Source: Pseudomonadota bacterium (lineage in GTDB: Bacteria > Pseudomonadota > Gammaproteobacteria > Steroidobacterales > Steroidobacteraceae). Taken from it: a DNA stretch of 64,000 bases. This document shows positions 26,568 through 33,603 of the stretch, piece after piece. A program made the position numbers and the translations under genes. Positions within the stretch are counted from its first letter, which is position 1. Each line of letters opens with the position of its first letter. The DNA lies in the NCBI GenBank assembly GCA_025351005.1, contig JANXWS010000088.1, positions 8,648 through 72,647 of the forward strand, read 5' to 3'. The notes beneath the pieces are model-generated. The model ran no database searches, was not told where the DNA came from, and was given only the letters and a program-made list of their open reading frames with translations.

Positions 26568-28805
26568 TCAGCCGGCAAGTGCTGCCGGCGCAGCGGCGGC
26601 CGGCAGCACGATCGAGAGTCTGGTATAGCGCCCCTCGCCGCTCGACAAGGACACGCGCCCGCGCAGTTGCCGCACCAGCTCGGCAACCAGGTTCATGCCG
26701 ACGCCGCGGCCACTGTCGCCGTCCGCGACCTGCTCGGTCGAGAACCCGGCGCGAAACAAGAGCGGCAGCAGCTGCTTCGAGTCGATCCGGGCGGCGGCGT
26801 CCGCGGTGAGGATGCCGCGTTCGACCGCGGCCTCGCGGATCCTGCTCAGGTTGAGCCCGGCGCCGTCGTCCTCGACGACCAGCCGGAAGCCGCTGTCACC
26901 CTCGTCGCGAAAGTCGATCTTGACCGTGCCGACGCCAGGCTTGCCCGAGCCCGCGCGTGCCGCAGGCTCTTCAAGGCCGTGGACGAGTGAGTTCCGCAAG
27001 GCCTGTACGGCAATGTCCTTGACCGCGCGCCGGTACACGTCGGGGATGTCGCCGAGGCCAGTCGCGACGAGTCGCGCCGACTTGCCGCGGGCGGAAGCGA
27101 TGCGCTCGAGGAGCTGCCGAAGCGTGCCGGTGAGATCGTCCTCTTGCCCGGGCCCCGGCGGCGAGGAAACGCTCGCGGCAGGCGCGGCTCCGGCAGGCAT
27201 GGCCCGCGAATCCGTGGCGGCAACCGCCGCCGGTTGCAGCTGTGCGAGCCGTGCCACCAGCTCGCCGATCGACGCCAGGTGCGTGAAGAGGTCGTCGAGC
27301 TTGAGCGTCAACGGCAGAAAGTCGCCGCCCGACAGCGCCGGTGCTTCCCGAAGCTCCTTGAGCTGGCCCTCGAAGTCGTGGGTGCGCCCCTGCACGCTGC
27401 TGAGCCCGAGCGCCGCGGCCTCGCCCTTGATCGAGTGTATCTGTCGAAAAATCGCGTCTACTTTCTGGCGGAAGGCTGCGTCGTCGCGGGCCGGCTCGCG
27501 CAGCCGTGCGTTCACCATCTTCAGGCCCGCGTCGGAATCGCTCAGAAACGAGCGCAGCTGCCTTGGATTGACGCTCAGCACGCCAAGCAGCGTGTCGACC
27601 TGCGACTGCGCACGCTCGCGCAGCAGGGCAATCTCGCCCGCGAGCCGGACGCGCTGCGTGACGTCCTGTACAGCGACCAGCAGGTTGACGAGCTTGCCGT
27701 CGTGACGGACCCGATGAAAGTCGAATTCAAGCCACCGCGACTCCTGACCGTTCTCGGTCTCGAAGCTGACCTCGACCTCCTGCAGAGGATTTATGGACTT
27801 GACGAGGTTTTCCTTGGTGCGCTCGGACCACAGCACCTCGACGAACCGCAACGCCGTGTGCAGCGTCTTCTCCGGCACCAGCGGCTGCAGCAGCTCCTCG
27901 AACTGCAGCCCGGCGACGAGGTCGCGCTTGAAGAGCCGCTGCATCGACGCCGAGTGGACGGTGCCGATCCGCCCGCGCGCATCGAGCAGGAACAAGCCCT
28001 CCCGGACGGTCTTCAGGATATCGCCGGTCTGCCGCTCGGCGGCCGCCAGCAGCTGCGTCGCGCGCCGACGAGCGAATGCCACGTAGGCGAGGCCGACACC
28101 GAGCGCAAGCGCGCCGCCGAGAGCCGTCAGCATCAGCAGGCGCAGGTAGCCCGACAGACGGGTCGACTCGGCCTCGAGCGCGGTCGCAACCCGCCCGAGC
28201 AGCGCGATCAGCGGCGGACCTTGCTTGCGGACGGCGGCGATTGCCTTGCGGGTCTCAAGCGCCAGCAGGCGGCCACCGTCGTTGAGCCGGACACCGGCCG
28301 ACTCGCTGTCCGCGTACGGGACGCCGCTGAAAGCCGCGATCGGTACGACCGCATGCCGGAAGGCGCCCCACGCGGTCGATAGCTCCTCGACATCGGCACG
28401 CAGCGCCTGCGAGCGCCGGATCGCGCGGACCGGGCTCGACGCGAACGCGTCGGCCGTCGCGGGGTTCGCCGTCAGCGCCCGCACCAGGCCATCGAGCTCA
28501 CGGACGCTGGCCCGGATTTCGGCCAGCGGCTCGTCGACGTAGCCGAAGCTCTCCAGGCGGTCGCGGACCGATGCAAGTGCGCCGGCGACGACATCAGCCT
28601 GGCGGCGTTGCTCGCTGACGAGCCGCAGCGCGGTTGCCGTGTCATCGAGACGGCCGGCCACTTCGAAAGCCGGCCACAGCACAGCGACCGTGAAAAGGAC
28701 GAGCGCGACACCGAACGCAGCCGGACCGCGCCGTTCACGGGACCAAAGAGGGGACGTTTTCATCAGCACTCTCTCCGCGGCGGCTGTGCCGTTGCCCGGG
28801 CTCAT
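26568..28805 (-). CDS. Membrane-anchored CheA-type histidine kinase (periplasmic sensor + PAS-like + HPt + HATPase_c; no CheW-like P5 domain)
   Basis: Two TMs (FGVALVLFTVAVLWPAF; LMLTALGGALALGVGLAYVAF). HPt motif FRQIHSIKGEAAALGL. CheA-type ATPase boxes VVEDDGAGLN and GRGVGMNLV. The protein ends right after the ATPase domain. ATGA overlap with the upstream gene. Confidence 0.8.
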   Translation of the reverse strand: MSPGNGTAAAERVLMKTSPLWSRERRGPAAFGVALVLFTVAVLWPAFEVAGRLDDTATALRLVSEQRRQADVVAGALASVRDRLESFGYVDEPLAEIRASVRELDGLVRALTANPATADAFASSPVRAIRRSQALRADVEELSTAWGAFRHAVVPIAAFSGVPYADSESAGVRLNDGGRLLALETRKAIAAVRKQGPPLIALLGRVATALEAESTRLSGYLRLLMLTALGGALALGVGLAYVAFARRRATQLLAAAERQTGDILKTVREGLFLLDARGRIGTVHSASMQRLFKRDLVAGLQFEELLQPLVPEKTLHTALRFVEVLWSERTKENLVKSINPLQEVEVSFETENGQESRWLEFDFHRVRHDGKLVNLLVAVQDVTQRVRLAGEIALLRERAQSQVDTLLGVLSVNPRQLRSFLSDSDAGLKMVNARLREPARDDAAFRQKVDAIFRQIHSIKGEAAALGLSSVQGRTHDFEGQLKELREAPALSGGDFLPLTLKLDDLFTHLASIGELVARLAQLQPAAVAATDSRAMPAGAAPAASVSSPPGPGQEDDLTGTLRQLLERIASARGKSARLVATGLGDIPDVYRRAVKDIAVQALRNSLVHGLEEPAARAGSGKPGVGTVKIDFRDEGDSGFRLVVEDDGAGLNLSRIREAAVERGILTADAAARIDSKQLLPLLFRAGFSTEQVADGDSGRGVGMNLVAELVRQLRGRVSLSSGEGRYTRLSIVLPAAAAPAALAG

Positions 28806-30856
28806 CGGCGTTCGTCGAGCGAGAAACGCACCCGCAGGCGGGACCGGACCGGTACCACCGTGCCGTCCGGCAGCCTCGCCGGCGCGAAGCGCGCGCCCTT
28901 GATCGCGGCGAGCGCGGCGGCATCGAACGTGCCCTTCGGGGTCGCGTCGGTGACCCGAGGATTCTCCGTCGTGCCGTCGGTCCTGACATCAAACTCGATG
29001 TCTACCGAGCCTTCGATGCCGGCCGCCGCGGCCTTCGGCGGATACTGGAGCCGCAGCGCCTTCGTCAGCGTGGGCGCGCTGGCGCGCGTCGCCGCCGCGG
29101 CGGCGGCCTCTACGGCGGCGAGCGTTGCCGGCGACACGCCGAGGTCGCGGGCGGCATCCTCGGCCCGTCGCGCTTCGTCCGCGTCGCCGGCCGCGTAGGC
29201 CGTGCGCGCCGCCTCGACGAGCGCCGCACCGAGCGCCTCGCGGAGCGCCGGCAGCGCCTGGTTGCGCGGGTCGGCAGCACCGAGCGCCCGCAGGTGATGC
29301 ACCGCGCTGTCGTCCTCCGGTGCGAGCAGCCGGCGCGCGCCGATCCGGTCCCTGACCAGTTGCGCCAGACGCTGCAGGTCCGCCGCCTGCACCTGCGAGC
29401 GGGCCTTGGTCGCGTCCCGCCGCAGGAGCTCGGCCTGCGGCGCGCCACCGGCCGTCGCGCGCAGTTCAGCCGTCAGCACGTCGACCTGCGTCCAGGCTCC
29501 TGCCTCGATCGCGGCGCGCGTGTCGGCCGCAAGGCGCTTGACGTAACTCTCGCCGAGCAGGGCCGCCTGCTCGGCTACCGCGGCACCGCCGCGGCCGCGG
29601 AACTGCTCGAGGTAGAACTTGGCGCTGTCTCCTGGCGGGTCGATCAGCCGGTCCTGGCTGATGCGGACCTGGGCCAGGCGAGCGAGATCGCCGACCTGCG
29701 CGCCGGCCTCGCGCCGGGAGATTTCCTGGCGGAGTTCGGCAATCTGGTCCGCGGGCATCGTTCCCACCTTCTCCGACTGCGCGAGCAGCGCGGCGGCGCG
29801 CGAGAATGCGTTCGCCTGCAAGGCCGCCTGCACCTGGGCGGCGGACAGGTCCTTGATGCGCGCGTTGACCTGGGCGTCGAGCGCGGCGAGGGCGGGATGC
29901 TTCGGTTGCAGTGCGCGCGCCGACTCGAGCGCCCGCAGCGCGGCCGCGTAGTCGCGGCTAGCCAGGGAGGCGCTCGCTCGCGCGAGCTGCAGTTCGGCGA
30001 TGCGATCGAGCCCTTGCCGCGCCTCGCCGTTCGGCGGGTCCAGGTCGAGGACAGCGCGATAATGCGCGAGCGCGTTGTCGGCGGCCGGATCGATGTAGCG
30101 CTTGTCGCGCATCGAGGCGCGTGCCCGCTCGAGCTGCAGTTCGACGTCCTCCGCCGGCACCGCGGGTGCCGCGCCCTCCCCGGTTCCCCCATGCCGCAGC
30201 AACGGCATGCGCGCGGCCGGTGGCGGTGTCGCGGGCGCTGCCGGTGGGTGGGTCGCGTCGGCCGCCGGCTGCGACAACCACCAGGAGAGCGCGGCGACTG
30301 CCGCGAGCAGGGCCGCGAGGCCCGCCCACAGCGTTGCCGGCCGAATCCCCGGCCGCCCGCGGGCGGGCGTGGCCTGCGCCGCCAGGCCGGGATCGCCGCC
30401 GGTCAGCGAGAACCGCGCACACGCCTCCTCGGCAGCCCGGTCGATGACCGCGCCGGCCGCGTCCGGGTCGAACGGCAACCGCAGCTCGTCGAACAGCGCG
30501 CCCCGGCGTCCCGGCACGGTGGCGCTCGGCGAGTGCACGTCGACCGCCGCGACCGGCACCAGCGCCCCGCCGTGAGTGAGGATCTGCTCGGCAACCGTCG
30601 TAATCCCTTCAAGGTCGAGCGCGCGGCGCGCGTCGAGCACGACGACCGCCGGGCGGGCGCGCGGCCACAGTGCGATGAGCTCTGCCGCGGAATCAAACTG
30701 GCGGGCAGGCCGTCCAGTCAGCAGCGCAGCCAGCTCGGTCCATAGCGCGTGGTCGGCGCTGACGACCAGCACCGATAGCCGTGCCGCCGCCGCCGGCGGC
30801 GACCCGCTCGGCCGCTCGGCCGATCGATGCGACGACTGCGGCGACGCAGGCACCAT
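28802..30856 (-). CDS. Receiver-like N-terminal domain / TM / Pro-rich linker / repeat region / TonB C-terminal domain fusion protein
   Basis: C-terminal TonB_C-like GIEGSVDIEFDVRTDGTTENPRV...ARFAPARL. Single TM ATLWAGLAALLAAVAALSWWL followed by PPAAPATPPPAA. The N-terminal ~130 aa show a REC-like beta/alpha pattern (SVLVVSAD, AVVVLDARR, LRLPFD). Confidence 0.7.
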   Translation of the reverse strand: MVPASPQSSHRSAERPSGSPPAAAARLSVLVVSADHALWTELAALLTGRPARQFDSAAELIALWPRARPAVVVLDARRALDLEGITTVAEQILTHGGALVPVAAVDVHSPSATVPGRRGALFDELRLPFDPDAAGAVIDRAAEEACARFSLTGGDPGLAAQATPARGRPGIRPATLWAGLAALLAAVAALSWWLSQPAADATHPPAAPATPPPAARMPLLRHGGTGEGAAPAVPAEDVELQLERARASMRDKRYIDPAADNALAHYRAVLDLDPPNGEARQGLDRIAELQLARASASLASRDYAAALRALESARALQPKHPALAALDAQVNARIKDLSAAQVQAALQANAFSRAAALLAQSEKVGTMPADQIAELRQEISRREAGAQVGDLARLAQVRISQDRLIDPPGDSAKFYLEQFRGRGGAAVAEQAALLGESYVKRLAADTRAAIEAGAWTQVDVLTAELRATAGGAPQAELLRRDATKARSQVQAADLQRLAQLVRDRIGARRLLAPEDDSAVHHLRALGAADPRNQALPALREALGAALVEAARTAYAAGDADEARRAEDAARDLGVSPATLAAVEAAAAAATRASAPTLTKALRLQYPPKAAAAGIEGSVDIEFDVRTDGTTENPRVTDATPKGTFDAAALAAIKGARFAPARLPDGTVVPVRSRLRVRFSLDERR

Positions 30857-31064
30857 TCCGCTCCTCCGCGTGGACGGCCCGCAACGCAGACCGACGGGCC
30901 GTCGTCGCGGGGGCTGCTGAGGATGGTGAGCGACCGGTCACACTGCCGTGCCGGGCAAATTCACGAAATTGGGCTTGTCGGCGCGGCGCCGTGCGGATTC
31001 CGCGACACGCGTCGCATTGCTGCCGCCGGCGGGAGCGGGAACCGTGCCGGCGTCGCCGGCAGGA

Positions 31065-31532
31065 TCAGTCGATCGCGACGATCTCGCGGTCGCCGCCGGC
31101 GCCGCTGACCCGCTCGCCGACCGACGCGCCGATCATCCCGGCGGCCACCGGCGCGACGTAAGCAATCGTGCCGGCGGCCGGATCGGCTTCGTCCTCGCCC
31201 ACGATCCGCAGTGTCAGCAGCGTGCCATCGGATTGCCGCAGCGTGACGGTCGACCCGAACCGCACCTTGTCGTGACGATCCGACGGCTGCACCGCCTCGG
31301 CCGTTGCACGGCGCTGGGTCCAATAACGCAGGTCGCGCTGGCAACGCGCGATGGCCGGCTTGTCTTCCTGGGCGCGGGCGTGCGCGAGTTCGTCATCGAG
31401 CCGGCGCAGCTCCGCCTCGAGCAGTCGCAGGCCGTTCGGCGTGACCAGATTGCGGTGCGGACTGACGCTGCGCTCCGGCAGTTCGAGGTCGGCGCCGTCA
31501 TCCTCGGACTCCTTGACGAATGCCCTGGTCAC
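31065..31532 (-). CDS. GreA/GreB-family transcription elongation factor-like protein
   Basis: N-terminus VTRAFVKESED, coiled-coil segment, C-terminal Gre-like domain (VTLRQSDGTLLTLRIVGEDEADP...APVAAGMIGASVGERV). GTG at 31532 preferred over GTG at 31580. Confidence 0.65.
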   Translation of the reverse strand: MTRAFVKESEDDGADLELPERSVSPHRNLVTPNGLRLLEAELRRLDDELAHARAQEDKPAIARCQRDLRYWTQRRATAEAVQPSDRHDKVRFGSTVTLRQSDGTLLTLRIVGEDEADPAAGTIAYVAPVAAGMIGASVGERVSGAGGDREIVAID

Positions 31533-31576
31533 GTCTGGTCCGCAGCGTCCGGTAGCGCCCGAACGCCGATAAATTC

Positions 31577-31794
31577 GCACTTAAAGTCAATTCTAGAATG
31601 CATGGATTTCATGGAGTTCTGAAGCAAACGGCAGGCGTTATCTCAGGTCGGTAGAGGAACCCACCCGTCAAGCAGGATTCGGACGATTCGTGAGATCCGT
31701 CATTGCATTTTCATGCGATCGCACTATAGTCGCTGTAGATGCTTGCTATTCCGAGATTAAGTCAAGCATTTGCAGATAACAAAGCACTTTAAGT
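31577..31794. promoter_or_regulatory. AT-rich divergent control region bounded by two copies of a near-palindromic motif GCACTT(A/T)AAGT
   Basis: GCACTTAAAGT at 31577-31587 and GCACTTTAAGT at 31784-31794. A related TTAAGTCAA lies at ~31758. GC is far below the surrounding DNA by eye. Confidence 0.25.
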
Positions 31795-31855
31795 TGCCAG
31801 CGCAAGTTCGGACTTCGGCCTTGCGCGGCGCGTGTCAGACGGGGCTTTTAAGATC

Positions 31856-32263
31856 ATGAGCGCTTGCGGTAATCTCCATGCAGCCACGCTGGAGTTGGTC
31901 AAGGGAACAAATCTAAAACAACGACTTACAGTCGCTTTCTCGAAACATTTAAGCCAACTCGATCCGACTGAATTCCCCGTCGCACTGCGCGACGAGTTCG
32001 TCGGGATCGTTCGCGGCCTCGAGGCGGTCCGGCCCCTGCCGGGAGAATCCGCCGTCCAGGCCACCGTGCGCAAGATGTCCGCGGAAGAGACCGATCGTTG
32101 TGCCCGCCGGATCGTCGGCCTGTTCGGCGAGCTCGCCCGTTTGGGCGTGCTGCAGGGCGAGGACGAGAAGAAGGCGCCGCGGCCGCTGACGGCTCGCGAC
32201 CGCGACGAGCGGCGTGAAGATGGCGGCAACACGATTCCCCTGCTCTACGCTGTGGAAGCCTGA
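31856..32263 (+). CDS. Hypothetical protein (orphan, no recognised domain)
   Basis: ORF with an unusually AT-rich 5' third. ATG at 31856 (alternative GTG at 31832). Acidic/basic C-terminal tail. Convergent with the TIR-like gene (4 nt between stops). Confidence 0.4.
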   Translation: MSACGNLHAATLELVKGTNLKQRLTVAFSKHLSQLDPTEFPVALRDEFVGIVRGLEAVRPLPGESAVQATVRKMSAEETDRCARRIVGLFGELARLGVLQGEDEKKAPRPLTARDRDERREDGGNTIPLLYAVEA

Positions 32264-32267
32264 GTCC

Positions 32268-32723
32268 CTAGTCGAGTTTGAACTCGATCGTGTCCCAGCG
32301 CGCCGTCTCTTCATGACGGGCGTGGCGGCGCAGCGCGTCGATGAGTGCGCGCTCGCTCCAGTCGATGGTCTCGTCGGCGAGCCCCTGCAGCTTCGGCGAC
32401 AGTACGCCCGTGCCGCCGAAGCTGACCAGCAACACGATCGGTTTCTCGGCGGCCTTCGCGTAGTGGGCCTGGAACTCGACCGCATCCGGGCCGCGCCGAA
32501 AATGGGAGGCGAGCAGGATCACCGCCTCGACCGGGGCGATCTGCTTGCGCAGCTCCTCGCGCTCGGCCTCCTTGCCGCCGGACGGGCGCACGTCCGGCTT
32601 GCTGAAGTTCTTGTAGTAGAACTGCGGCGAGCTTTCGAGAAACTCGAATACTCGCAGGTAGTCGTCGTCCGCCGCCCACAGGTGGCTCACGAAAATCCGT
32701 ACCGGATCCTGCTGCGAGATCAT
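32268..32723 (-). CDS. TIR-like domain protein (DUF1863 / MTH538 / ThsB-like)
   Basis: RIFVSHLWAADDDYLRVFEFLES at the N-terminus and VILLASHFRRGPDAVEFQAHYAKAAEKPIVLLVS follow the DUF1863 pattern (beta-A 'iFiSh', conserved Glu, 'kPii.v'). Start at ATG 32723. Confidence 0.55.
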   Translation of the reverse strand: MISQQDPVRIFVSHLWAADDDYLRVFEFLESSPQFYYKNFSKPDVRPSGGKEAEREELRKQIAPVEAVILLASHFRRGPDAVEFQAHYAKAAEKPIVLLVSFGGTGVLSPKLQGLADETIDWSERALIDALRRHARHEETARWDTIEFKLD

Positions 32724-32827
32724 GATCTTGCGCCTCGGAGGAGAGGCCAGTTTAGCGCACGCCGGCAGCGCCAACACGCTAGAATTCCCGGCGCGACGTG
32801 CGCCCCCTCGCCCGCGTCGGGAATCAC

Positions 32828-33586
32828 ATGCGGCTCCTGGTCTACAACATTCGTTACGCGACCGGGACGGGGCCGTCCTTTCACCTGCCGCTGCCGGGCG
32901 CCGGCTATCTGCGCAGCAACCGCCAGGTGCTGAGCGACATAACCCAGTTCATCAAGGCCGAGGACCCGGACATCGTCGGCCTCATCGAGGTCGACAGCGG
33001 CTCGATCCGCACCGGCATGCTGAACCAGGCGAAGTTCATCGGCGCCGAGCTCGGCCACTACTCCATCTACGAGTGCAAGTACGGCACCGAGTCGATCCAG
33101 ACGCTCGTACCGATCGTCCGCAAGCAGTGCAATGCGTTCCTCGCAGCGCCGCGCGTGCATGCGGAGCGCTTTCATTATTTCGACACCGGCATGAAGCGAC
33201 TGATCATCGAGCTCGAGCTGGAGGCCGCAGTCGTGTTCCTGGTGCACCTGTCGCTCAAGTTCCGCCACCGCCAGACGCAGCTGCGCACGCTCCACGACCT
33301 CGTGACCCGCTCGGCCAAGCCCGTGCTGCTGGCCGGCGACTTCAACACCTTCTGGGGCGACCACGAGATCTACCTGTTCATGCAGGCCACCGGCCTGAAG
33401 AGTGCCAATACCGCGGGCCTGCCGTCCTATCCGAGCCACAACCCGCGCCGCGAGCTCGACTTCATCCTCTATACGTCCGGCATCGAGATCAGCGGCTTCC
33501 GCATGCCAGCCGTGCGATTCTCGGACCACCTGCCGCTGGTCTGCGACTTTCGCGTAGGCACCGGCGCTGCCTCGGCGGCGGCCTGA
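32828..33586 (+). CDS. Endonuclease/exonuclease/phosphatase (EEP) family protein
   Basis: N-terminal LLVYNIRYATG, IVGLIEVD, C-terminal VRFSDHLPLVCDF (SDHxP motif). 17 nt upstream of the fadB-like gene. Confidence 0.8.
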   Translation: MRLLVYNIRYATGTGPSFHLPLPGAGYLRSNRQVLSDITQFIKAEDPDIVGLIEVDSGSIRTGMLNQAKFIGAELGHYSIYECKYGTESIQTLVPIVRKQCNAFLAAPRVHAERFHYFDTGMKRLIIELELEAAVVFLVHLSLKFRHRQTQLRTLHDLVTRSAKPVLLAGDFNTFWGDHEIYLFMQATGLKSANTAGLPSYPSHNPRRELDFILYTSGIEISGFRMPAVRFSDHLPLVCDFRVGTGAASAAA

Positions 33587-33603
33587 GCGGCGACGGAGCG
33601 ATC

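Noticed and set aside
32268-33586. TIR-like gene + divergent EEP-family gene as a two-gene TIR/nuclease defence pair.
   Set aside because: The EEP gene sits 17 nt upstream of, and on the same strand as, the FadB-like gene, suggesting a lipid or fatty-acid context (sphingomyelinase/phosphatase-like EEP) rather than a TIR-activated nuclease. Only divergent adjacency links it to the TIR gene.
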